Positions 29,094 through 37,905 of a DNA stretch of 64,000 bases are shown one piece after another. A program made the translations under genes and the position numbers. Position 1 is the stretch's first letter, and each line of letters starts with the position of its first letter. The notes beneath the pieces are model-generated. The model did not search any database. It had not been told where the DNA came from and was given only the letters and a program-made list of their open reading frames with translations. The stretch comes from Bythopirellula sp. (GTDB lineage: Bacteria; Planctomycetota; Planctomycetia; Pirellulales; Lacipirellulaceae). The stretch covers positions 2,144,001 to 2,208,000 of the forward strand of contig OZ244170.1 of the NCBI GenBank assembly GCA_965216565.1, read 5' to 3'.

Positions 29094-30897
29094 GTTGCTC
29101 GCCCGGCTCGAGGAAATAGATCGCAAAGAGCCGCGCCGCGGACATGTTTATGCTCTGGCTGAGCTTGCCTATGTCGAAGCCAAGCGAGCAGAGCGGGCCA
29201 TGAAGTACGAAAAAGCCCTCGAATTGCACGGGGCGGCGGTACTCCATGCCTATCGATTCCTGTTTGACGAATTGTACGAGCAGCCAACCAACTTCTATGA
29301 TCCTGAATTCCGACTGGCCTGCGATCTTTACAATGCTGCTCTGGAGAGCACGCTCCGCATCTTGCAAGATCGCAACGAACTATTGCCAGGGAAGACAATC
29401 CAGGTCAAAACCGCCAATCACCAGTGTCAACTCAAAGTCGATCTCAACAGCAAGGGTTGGCATGCTGAAGACTTTGCCCATTTTCGCTTTGTTTCAGACT
29501 ACGAAGTCCATGGGCTGAAGAACCATTACCACAGTTACGGGCTGGGTGTTCCACTGATCGCGGTTCGCAAGAGCCACGACGAAATGGAGCCCGACGAAGA
29601 ATTCTATCCAGAAGAACTGTCGTTCCCTGTGACGGCGTTCCTGCGAGTCGATTCTCCCCAATCCGAAGAAACACAGATCACTCAAGCCGTCTTGGAATTG
29701 CACGATCCTCTCGATCACAGTTCCATTCGACTCGCGTCGACACGGGTACCGCTGGAAACCGATCTCAGCACGCCCCTGGCACATACGCTCAGCAACCCGA
29801 GTTTCGACGACACCAAACTTTCCACGCTGGGTTTGTTGATGCCAGAGAAGGCAGAGGACTTGCGCGGCCTGTACATGCTCGAGCCCTTCCAGCCGGACAA
29901 GATTCCTGTCTTGATGGTCCACGGACTATGGTCGAGCCCTGTCACTTGGATGGAAATGTTCAACGACTTGCGCAGCGATCCGCTGATTCGCAAGAACTAC
30001 CAATTCTGGTTCTACCTGTACCCCTCGGGCCAGCCTTTCTGGTTTAGCGCGGCGAATATGCGAGAAGATCTGGCACACATGCGTGCCAAGCTCGATCCAG
30101 AACATCAATATGCGGCGCTCGACCAAACTGTACTGGTCGGCCACAGCATGGGCGGATTAGTTTCGAAGTTGCAGACAATTGATAGCGGTAATTCCTTTTG
30201 GGATGTGCTTAGCGAGAAACCATTCGGTGAGCTACAGGCCGAGGACGAAGTACGAACGGGGTTGGCTCGAACGTTTTTCTTTCAACCCAGTTCCTCCATT
30301 CGTCGGGTCGTCACGATTGGTACCCCACATCGAGGTAGCGAATTTGCGAATAACGCAACCCGATGGCTGGGCCGCAAGCTGATTGGTATCCCCTCGCAAA
30401 TTATGCAAGGACGCAATCAGTTGATCGCTCGCAACCCAGGCTTTTTCCGTCCCAATGCACCTCTCGATGTTTCGACAAGCATCGACTCGCTCGATCCCAA
30501 GTCGCCACTCTTACCCGTGCTGCTCGCAGCCGACCAGGCACCGTGGGTTAAATACCACAACATCGTGGGGGAGAAGCCCAGCAATGGACTCTCCAAATAC
30601 CTATCGGGCGGTGACGGCGACGGTGTCGTTACGCTGGACAGTGCTAAGCTGGATAGTGCGCAATCGCAAATTGTGGTCGCCGCCGATCACTCCACGGTGC
30701 ATCGTCATCCACAAAGCGTTCTTGAGGTCCGCCGCATCCTGCTGCAACACGTGACTGAACTCCGTTCCTTCCCCTATGGCGATGGCGTTATTCAAGTTGC
30801 CACGCCGCCACTTGCTGCTCCAGACTCAAGTCCTACGCTGCCTGTCCAGGTTCCCGTTCACACGGCCCTTGAAGGCCAAGTACCTGCCCTCCACTAA
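28852..30897 (+). CDS. Lipoprotein alpha/beta hydrolase (esterase/lipase family)
   Basis: Lipobox VVGC, VHGL, GHSMGG, GTPHRGS, DGVV, DHS. Confidence 0.85.
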   Translation: MDEFYLARKRRLVAIALLLVCAVVGCASTSNKWVALRSTPRNPLTDTLGLVTRKGPKPTERTIQLLRRYDLEDALKGNRSELLARLEEIDRKEPRRGHVYALAELAYVEAKRAERAMKYEKALELHGAAVLHAYRFLFDELYEQPTNFYDPEFRLACDLYNAALESTLRILQDRNELLPGKTIQVKTANHQCQLKVDLNSKGWHAEDFAHFRFVSDYEVHGLKNHYHSYGLGVPLIAVRKSHDEMEPDEEFYPEELSFPVTAFLRVDSPQSEETQITQAVLELHDPLDHSSIRLASTRVPLETDLSTPLAHTLSNPSFDDTKLSTLGLLMPEKAEDLRGLYMLEPFQPDKIPVLMVHGLWSSPVTWMEMFNDLRSDPLIRKNYQFWFYLYPSGQPFWFSAANMREDLAHMRAKLDPEHQYAALDQTVLVGHSMGGLVSKLQTIDSGNSFWDVLSEKPFGELQAEDEVRTGLARTFFFQPSSSIRRVVTIGTPHRGSEFANNATRWLGRKLIGIPSQIMQGRNQLIARNPGFFRPNAPLDVSTSIDSLDPKSPLLPVLLAADQAPWVKYHNIVGEKPSNGLSKYLSGGDGDGVVTLDSAKLDSAQSQIVVAADHSTVHRHPQSVLEVRRILLQHVTELRSFPYGDGVIQVATPPLAAPDSSPTLPVQVPVHTALEGQVPALH

Positions 30898-31191
30898 AGT
30901 CCATCTAGCAGCTTGATGAAGTTCTAGGTCGTTTGGGTAGTAAACTGCGTTGACAAATTGTCGCTGCCCGAACGTTTTGCGGAGCTATCGGTACAAGTTC
31001 TAACCTGTAAGGTAATCCCTTAAGGTAATCTTGCTGGGGGCGACTTGCTGAAACAACATTCCTCTATTTTGTGGTACTGCACACTTGTCAATTACTCAGG
31101 ATAGTCAACAATATTCACTATAAAGTCTAAGAACCAAGATGCTTTGGGTTTACGAACCTTCATGCATTGAAAAATTAACCTTCGCAGGCAA

Positions 31192-34100
31192 ATGGACAGG
31201 GCAGTTCATTCCAGTGACTCCTCACCTGACAGTCGAAGCGATTTCTATATCGTGGGTGTTGGCGCATCGGCCGGTGGATTAGAAGCCATCGAATCCATGT
31301 TCCAAGCGATGCCGAAAGACGTCGGCATGGCCTTCGTACTGGTCCAGCATCTCTCGCCTGACTTTAAGAGCCTCATGCTAGAGTTGTTGTCTCGCGACAC
31401 GACGATGCCTATCCACCGCGTGGAAGATGGCATGCAAGTCGAGCCAAACTCTATCTACCTAATTCCTGCCAACCAAGAGATGATCATCTCTCACGGGCTA
31501 TTACGGCTGAAGGAGAAAGACCCAAATGTATCGCTCTCTCTGCCGATAGATCACTTTCTAGAATCGTTGGCAATCGACGTAGGCCCGCGCAGCATTGGTG
31601 TGATTCTCTCGGGCACAGGAAGCGACGGCTCACGCGGAATCGCAGAAGTCCACAAGGCCGGAGGATTGGTGATCGCCCAATCGGTGGAAAGTGCAAAGTT
31701 CGATGGCATGCCCCGAAGTGCGATTGATACCAATTTAGTTGATGTCATTGTCGAACCCGAAAAGATTCCTGATGTACTGACGCGTTACGTGACGCATCCC
31801 TACCGGTCGCTGCTCCAGCAGCATCCCATGGACGAGTCGAGCATGGAGCACATATTTCGTTTGCTCCTGGAACGTCATCGCATCGACTTCAATTACTATA
31901 AGCCCGGTACCATCAATCGACGGATCGAAAGGCGGATTCAACTCAATCATCGTTCGAACATCGAAGATTATGTTCACTTTTTGGAGGAGTCGCCAAGCGA
32001 ACTCGATGAGTTGCACAAAGACTTGCTGATAGGTGTAACCAGCATGTTCCGCGACCCAGAGGCTTTCGACAGCTTAAAAAACACGCTACTGAACTATCTT
32101 GATGAGTCTCACGGTACTCGCAATGAATTCCGTGCCTGGGTTTCTGCCGCCGGCACGGGCGAGGAAGCCTATTCAATCGCTATCATTTTGGACGAATGCC
32201 TGCGAGAGCTCGGCTTGAGACTCCCTGTGAAAATTTTCGCAACCGATGTCAATCAAGCATCGCTCGATACAGCTCAGGCCGGAGTCTATAGCAAAGATGA
32301 GCTGGAAGAGATTAGTCCCGAGCGATTGGAGCGATACTTCAGCGAAGTCGAGGGGGGATACCAGATAGAGCAAGACATCCGCCAGATGATAGTCTTTGCG
32401 CCCCACAATTTGGTGAAAGATACCCCCTTCACTAGGCTTGATCTGATCTCATGCCGGAACTTTTTGATTTACTTGCGGCCCTTGGCCCAGAAAAAAATCA
32501 TTTCGCTTTTTCATTTCGGGCTGAAGACGGGCGGATTGCTCTTCCTAGGTGCCAGCGAGACGACGGGCGATCTGGCGGACGAATTTGAGCCTTTGATCGA
32601 CCGGTGGAATATCTACCGCAAGCGGAGAGACGTTCACATCTCACAGGTGATTGATGGCGTGCTGAATGCCGACATCAATAAACCGAAAGCCTCCGGCCAA
32701 GACACTATAGTACCGCGAATTCCCAGGGAACCCGATCTGCAGTCAACGTACGACGAGTTACTCGGCGAGTACATGCCTGCAGCCATTCTTGTAGATCACA
32801 ACTGCGAGATGCTCCACATGTTTGGAGGAGCAGGGGAGTTTCTCACAATTCGTGACGGACGTCCTAGCAACAGATTGCTCGACATGGTGGACGGCAATCT
32901 AAAACTGGCCATCACTGGGGGAATTCAATCGGCTGAAAAGAAATCGAAACGGGTGCGTTATCACTCTGTGATGGCAAATACTGCCAGCGGAACTCGGCCG
33001 CTTGAAATAGAGATAATTCCAGTCGGACAGAAAGAGCATTTTGCAAAATATCTTATCACGTTTAACGATGTAGAAGAATCGAAACTGCCTGCAGCTGGCC
33101 CGAGCGAAAATCTGGATGTCTCTGAGGTTACTCGCGACCAAATCGAAGGGCTCGAACAAGATCTTCGTCGAGCCAAACAAAGTTTGCGATCCACCGTCGA
33201 GGAACTAGAGACCAGCAACGAAGAACTTCAGGCGACTAATGAAGAACTGACCGCATCGAACGAAGAATTACAAAGCACGAACGAAGAACTTCATTCTGTT
33301 AACGAAGAACTTTACACAGTCAACGCCGAGTTCCAGAAAAAGATTCTTGATCTGACCGAGATGACGCATGACATGGAGAATTTGCTGGAAAGCACTGAAG
33401 TGCATACGCTTTTTCTCGATGAGAACCTATGCGTTCGGAAGTTCACCCCCATGATGGCGGAAGTTTTCAATCTGGTAACTCGCGATATAGGGCGGAGGAT
33501 TTCATCCTTCTCCTATAATCTCGACTGCGAAGACCTCACCGGTCGAGCTTCTGAAGTACTCGAAACCGGAGAGCTATTCGAACAACGGGTCAATGAAAAT
33601 GAGGACCAACAGTTTTTGTTGAGGATGCTGCCTTATCGAGCTGAGAATCGCATCAGCGGTGTCGTCCTGACACTGGTAGATATCACCACGCTAGCCGAAG
33701 CAGAAGAAGATGCTCTTCACGAACGCGAACGCTTCCAGCGCGCCATCCTGGCCAATCGCGATGGCACCTGGGACTGGCCCGATGTCGCCAACGAAAATAT
33801 GTGGTGGTCCGACACGTGCTACCAATTACTCGGTTACGAACCTGGAGAATTTCCTGCGACCTATTCTCAGTGGCTGAAGAATGTACATCCGGAAGATCGA
33901 GCCCTCATTGAGCAGACGAGCGTTCCTTCCCAAGAAAAATGCTTTGTCGAGTTGCATCGCCAGTTTGAATACCGAATGCAACACAAATCGGGCGAGTACC
34001 GTTGGTATGAGCATCGAGCCATCATTGACTTTGGCGATGACGGCTCGCCCCTGCGAATGACGGGCACTGTTGGTGACATTCACGATCGCAAAATATCAGA

Positions 34101-35259
34101 ATTCCACAGCGTGGAAGAAATTCATCGCCGGGACAATTTCCTAGCAATGCTTTCTCATGAGCTCCGCAATCCCATGGGGGCTGTCCTGAGCGCGATCAAC
34201 TCAGCCAAATCCCCTAACGAGAGTCCTGCGGATGGCCAGGCTGAACTTCATTCCCTTGAAACAGCAAAAGACGCCATGCAAATCATTGGACGTCAAACGA
34301 AATATATGGCAAGGCTGTTGGACGATTTGCTCGATGTTGCCCGATTCGGCCAAAATCGAATTGAATTCCGCCAAGAGGTTGTCGATCTCAAGCTATTAGC
34401 GGAAGAAGTCATGGAGGCTTTTTCACACGAGCTTCGAGATAAAGACATGGAACTGCACATAGATTTTGGCAGCGAACCTATCTTTGTGGTTGCAGACCCA
34501 GCTCGGATGAAGCAGGCCCAAATCAATCTCCTCAGCAACGCTGCGAAGTACACGCCCGAGGGAGGCGACATCTGGTACGAAATCTCGCAGCAAGCTAACG
34601 AAGCCATCATTTCGATCCGTGACAATGGCGATGGCATTCCTCCGAAAATGCTGGATTCGATCTTTGAGCTATTTGTTCAATCGGAATCTAATCTTGCCCA
34701 TGCGTCAGGCGGAATCGGCGTAGGGCTTTCCCTGGCACGAAGCATTGTGGAGGCGCATTACGGAACGCTCACTGCCGAAAGTGAAGGGGAGGGACAGGGA
34801 AGTACGTTCACAATTCGTCTGCCGGTAACCGTGAATACCAAAAAGGCGGTCGTACCTGTCCCGCACATCTCTTTCGACGATCGCAGCTTATTACTGGTAG
34901 AAGACAATGACGATGCACGCATGATGCTCGCGAAAACGCTACGCATGCAAGGGTTCGTCGTTCACGAGGCTAGCGATGGCTTTTCGGCACTCGAAAAATT
35001 TAAGAATGTCAGCCCGGAAGTTGCCATCGTCGATATTGGACTGCCCGTGATGGATGGCTACCAATTTGCCAGAGCTGTACGTCAGCTTGAATTGGACTGG
35101 GATTTTGTTCTCATTGCATTGACCGGGTACGGTCAAGATTCCGACCGGGAACAAGCCCTCAAGTCTGGCTTCGATGCCCATCTGGTCAAACCGCTCGACC
35201 CTGTCGAACTCTATCGAACCCTGGCCCAAAATCTCTCACCTGCACACATCCAGCAGTAA
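31192..35259 (+). CDS. CheB-CheR-coiled coil-PAS hybrid histidine kinase with C-terminal receiver
   Basis: CheB GASAGG/VQH/GSDG; CheR GEEAYS, ATDV, SCRN; NEEL heptads; PAS domains; SHELRNP, NAAKY, DNGDG, GIGVGL; REC VED..DIGLP..KP. Confidence 0.95.
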   Translation: MDRAVHSSDSSPDSRSDFYIVGVGASAGGLEAIESMFQAMPKDVGMAFVLVQHLSPDFKSLMLELLSRDTTMPIHRVEDGMQVEPNSIYLIPANQEMIISHGLLRLKEKDPNVSLSLPIDHFLESLAIDVGPRSIGVILSGTGSDGSRGIAEVHKAGGLVIAQSVESAKFDGMPRSAIDTNLVDVIVEPEKIPDVLTRYVTHPYRSLLQQHPMDESSMEHIFRLLLERHRIDFNYYKPGTINRRIERRIQLNHRSNIEDYVHFLEESPSELDELHKDLLIGVTSMFRDPEAFDSLKNTLLNYLDESHGTRNEFRAWVSAAGTGEEAYSIAIILDECLRELGLRLPVKIFATDVNQASLDTAQAGVYSKDELEEISPERLERYFSEVEGGYQIEQDIRQMIVFAPHNLVKDTPFTRLDLISCRNFLIYLRPLAQKKIISLFHFGLKTGGLLFLGASETTGDLADEFEPLIDRWNIYRKRRDVHISQVIDGVLNADINKPKASGQDTIVPRIPREPDLQSTYDELLGEYMPAAILVDHNCEMLHMFGGAGEFLTIRDGRPSNRLLDMVDGNLKLAITGGIQSAEKKSKRVRYHSVMANTASGTRPLEIEIIPVGQKEHFAKYLITFNDVEESKLPAAGPSENLDVSEVTRDQIEGLEQDLRRAKQSLRSTVEELETSNEELQATNEELTASNEELQSTNEELHSVNEELYTVNAEFQKKILDLTEMTHDMENLLESTEVHTLFLDENLCVRKFTPMMAEVFNLVTRDIGRRISSFSYNLDCEDLTGRASEVLETGELFEQRVNENEDQQFLLRMLPYRAENRISGVVLTLVDITTLAEAEEDALHERERFQRAILANRDGTWDWPDVANENMWWSDTCYQLLGYEPGEFPATYSQWLKNVHPEDRALIEQTSVPSQEKCFVELHRQFEYRMQHKSGEYRWYEHRAIIDFGDDGSPLRMTGTVGDIHDRKISEFHSVEEIHRRDNFLAMLSHELRNPMGAVLSAINSAKSPNESPADGQAELHSLETAKDAMQIIGRQTKYMARLLDDLLDVARFGQNRIEFRQEVVDLKLLAEEVMEAFSHELRDKDMELHIDFGSEPIFVVADPARMKQAQINLLSNAAKYTPEGGDIWYEISQQANEAIISIRDNGDGIPPKMLDSIFELFVQSESNLAHASGGIGVGLSLARSIVEAHYGTLTAESEGEGQGSTFTIRLPVTVNTKKAVVPVPHISFDDRSLLLVEDNDDARMMLAKTLRMQGFVVHEASDGFSALEKFKNVSPEVAIVDIGLPVMDGYQFARAVRQLELDWDFVLIALTGYGQDSDREQALKSGFDAHLVKPLDPVELYRTLAQNLSPAHIQQ
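33199..33330 (+). repeat. 21-bp (heptad) coding repeat NEELxxx
   Basis: EELETS NEELQAT NEELTAS NEELQST NEELHSV NEELYTV; repeated AACGAAGAA. Confidence 0.8.
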
Positions 35260-35409
35260 TTCGCCATCCCTAGACCACTCCGGTCTGTTAACTTTTGCAC
35301 CTACTTGACGTGCAATTTGCATTCAGTAAGTTTTTCCAGACGAGGATGGAAAAACATCTCCAGATGATCTCTAAATGACAGCATTCTTGATTAGCAACAG
35401 GGAAGTTAG

Positions 35410-35652
35410 ATGGCTGGTTCTCACACCAACTCCGGAAACGAAGAGGAATCGAACTCTACCGAGGCTCAAATTCGCATCCGCGAACAGCTTCATTCGGTGC
35501 AAATAGGGCTCGATCTACTAAGAAGAGAGATGTTAGCAGGCAAGTTTCGTAGTGCCGAAGACACCTATTCCACGATTGTTCAGTGCCTAGGAAAGATCTC
35601 GAATGATGATTTGCTAGCAGGCAGCAATTCTGACGACTCAAACGACTCCTAA
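35410..35652 (+). CDS. Small protein homologous to the DHp-like middle domain of the adjacent CsrA-REC fusion
   Basis: Ungapped similarity IREQLHSVQIGLDLLRREMLAGKFRSAEDTY vs VRNKLNSLSIALHLCKQEMVAGHFDDAQQTF; SD AGGGA upstream. Confidence 0.7.
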   Translation: MAGSHTNSGNEEESNSTEAQIRIREQLHSVQIGLDLLRREMLAGKFRSAEDTYSTIVQCLGKISNDDLLAGSNSDDSNDS

Positions 35653-35921
35653 GGAATCTTCGCAACCGGCCAAAAATAAGCCGCAAAGTGATGTTGACTG
35701 TGCAAATAGACTTGGAATAAATTGATGCACGTTCGAAGTTTGCCGACCAACAATCCACTATGATTTTCGGAGAAAATATCGCGTCGGGTTCATACCCTAG
35801 GCCGATTGGAAATTGGTCTACTAAAGCATGGAAGCTTGAATTAGTTCGCTGTCGAAAGATCGAATCTCCAAGGATGGAGCTCGCGAATTTGCGATGAAAC
35901 CTCAAGGAGGAAACTTATTCC

Positions 35922-36686
35922 ATGCTAGTCCTAAGCCGCAAGGAAAACCAGAAGATTCGTTTTCCTGATCTCGATGTGACAGTTGAAATTCTCCGCGTAA
36001 AAGGCTCCGCCGTTCGAGTTGGAGTCGACGCCCCCATGGAAATCAGAATCCTTCGTGATGAAATCGAAGAGTTTGAGTCCAAACCTAACCCCCAGCAACA
36101 TATCGTTCGGTTGCCCCAGTCCGAGCGGCATGAAGTCCGCAACAAGCTCAATTCGCTGAGCATTGCACTTCATCTCTGCAAGCAAGAAATGGTCGCCGGG
36201 CACTTCGACGACGCTCAACAAACTTTCGAAAAGGTCTTCGAACAGATCCAAAATATCGTACAGGACGAAAAAACGCCTCAGGAACCAATCCCGGCTGTCG
36301 AGAATCCCCAGAAAACGGCACTTCTTGTCGAAGACGAAGACAATGAGCGCGAAATGCTGGCCGGGTTCCTCCGTCTTCACGGGTACGAAGTGGTGACCGC
36401 ATCTAATGGCTTAGAAGCGATCGACTACTTAGAATCCAACTCCAAGCCATCACTCGTTTTGATGGACATGCGGATGCCGCGTTGCGATGGGCCTACCACC
36501 ATTCGCCGTATTCGCGAAAATCCAGAACTGGAAGCCCTAAAGATCTTCGCGATTAGCGGATCTTCACCCGAAGAGAACCAGTTTGGAAATCTGGATGAAA
36601 GCATCGACCAGTGGTTCATGAAGCCACTCGATCCCAGAAATCTTGTCGCTGCTATGGCCGATTCGCTCGAGCCGACAGCAGCCTGA
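35922..36686 (+). CDS. CsrA - HisKA/DHp-like - receiver domain fusion protein
   Basis: MLVLSRK..VRVGVDAP..ILRDEI (CsrA); RHEVRNKLNSL (H-box-like); LVEDE..LMDMRMP..ISG..MKP (REC); SD AGGAGG. Confidence 0.88.
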   Translation: MLVLSRKENQKIRFPDLDVTVEILRVKGSAVRVGVDAPMEIRILRDEIEEFESKPNPQQHIVRLPQSERHEVRNKLNSLSIALHLCKQEMVAGHFDDAQQTFEKVFEQIQNIVQDEKTPQEPIPAVENPQKTALLVEDEDNEREMLAGFLRLHGYEVVTASNGLEAIDYLESNSKPSLVLMDMRMPRCDGPTTIRRIRENPELEALKIFAISGSSPEENQFGNLDESIDQWFMKPLDPRNLVAAMADSLEPTAA

Positions 36687-36831
36687 CTCCTACACGCTAC
36701 ATTGCTCTTGTAAAGGATTGATGCGGTCGAGCAATTGTTCGAAGTCGCAAGGATTGTGACCAAGCCGCGGGGAGTAGTGTACATGTCCGGAGGAGAGTCA
36801 GGCATTGCTTGGCTCTCCTCCGTTTTTTTTT
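36687..36831 (+). ncRNA. Candidate CsrA-binding structured RNA (3' UTR or sRNA)
   Basis: Two hairpins each carrying AAGGATTG, a closing stem and a terminator. Confidence 0.45.
36788..36831 (+). terminator. Strong intrinsic terminator
   Basis: CGGAGGAGAGTCAGGC / GCTTGGCTCTCCTCCG stem followed by T9. Confidence 0.9.
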
Positions 36832-36863
36832 GACAGGCGGCTCTCCTCAAGACTCTGTCTTCT

Positions 36864-37457
36864 CTACGGCTCAGCATTCACGTCATCGTCGTCGCCATTT
36901 TCCACAGCAATGGGGATCGCAATTGCCGCAGCAATCAGCCCACCCAGTATAAGTCGTTGCTGAGCTACCCGACTTCTACCACCATAGCCTCTGCCACCAC
37001 CGCACACGCCGCTGCCACAGACGGGCGAACCGCAATGCTGTCCCAGCACGGCAGAATCGTCTGGCACTATCAGCATTCCCGCAGTCGCGTGGGGTGGTGC
37101 TGTCTTGGCGGCCCAAGCGCGGACCAACTGCACGTGTTCACCCACTTGTAACTGGTAAGTGCTTCCGACAAGTCCTGTGACGGCGAATCGCCCCTCCGCA
37201 TCGGTCTTTACTTCCAGCGATTGCTGACCGCTGTACAGGCGAATAGACACCTTGGCCTGAGGCTGGCCGCTACTGCCAACAACCTGTCCGCGAAGGACGC
37301 CTCCATGCTCGAGTTCCACATCCGTCACGCGAATGGAATTCTCGCCTGCTGAAAAGTCCATGGCCGCCCCCTGAACCAATACAGGCTGGACCATCATCGC
37401 TAGCATTGCTAACCAGACAGCACTTTGAGAAAAGCACTGCTTCGATTGAATAGACAT
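36864..37457 (-). CDS. Secreted carboxypeptidase-regulatory-like protein with C-terminal membrane anchor, paralogue 2
   Basis: LRGQVVGSSG, TDAEGRF, RAWAAKTAPP, AIAIPIAV-ENG-DDDD-VNAEP. Confidence 0.75.
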   Translation of the reverse strand: MSIQSKQCFSQSAVWLAMLAMMVQPVLVQGAAMDFSAGENSIRVTDVELEHGGVLRGQVVGSSGQPQAKVSIRLYSGQQSLEVKTDAEGRFAVTGLVGSTYQLQVGEHVQLVRAWAAKTAPPHATAGMLIVPDDSAVLGQHCGSPVCGSGVCGGGRGYGGRSRVAQQRLILGGLIAAAIAIPIAVENGDDDDVNAEP

Positions 37458-37815
37458 CCCCCCACACTCCTATCGCTTGCCCCTGAACGTAATAGAAATA
37501 CCCTGCACACCTTTGTAATGTGAAGGACGGTTTCTCTCCCTCCGCAATCGCATGAATTATCGTCACAATTCGCAAGCCTTCATCAGCATACCCAGCCGGA
37601 AGAGTCGAAAAACTTTACCAAGCGGCTATTGTTTGTCGCAATTGTGCGAAGGGAGCAGGTCTTCGCGCTCGAATTCTGCCTTCCGCTGCTAGCGGAAAAT
37701 TTACAATCTTCTGGCAAATGTACACCATTCACTGAACACGCCGCCAACGCTGGCAACTCCCTAAGATGTTAGCCAGCCGGTAAATACGCCGCACCACACT
37801 TTTCTGCCGCACCCT

Positions 37816-37831
37816 TGGCACGCCGTATGCG
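37816..37831 (+). promoter_or_regulatory. Sigma54 (-24/-12) promoter of csrA paralogue 3
   Basis: TGGCACG-CCGT-ATGCG with correct spacing. Confidence 0.7.
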
Positions 37832-37905
37832 TATCACAAGGCAGGTGTCAATCGGCACTGTCTTTTCTAAACCGGAACTTGTCTCACCAACAAAGGGAGT
37901 GTGTC

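Noticed and set aside
35306..35321. TGACGTG-CAAT-TTGCA sigma54-like box before the mini-protein
   Set aside because: The near-invariant GG is GA; not supportable.
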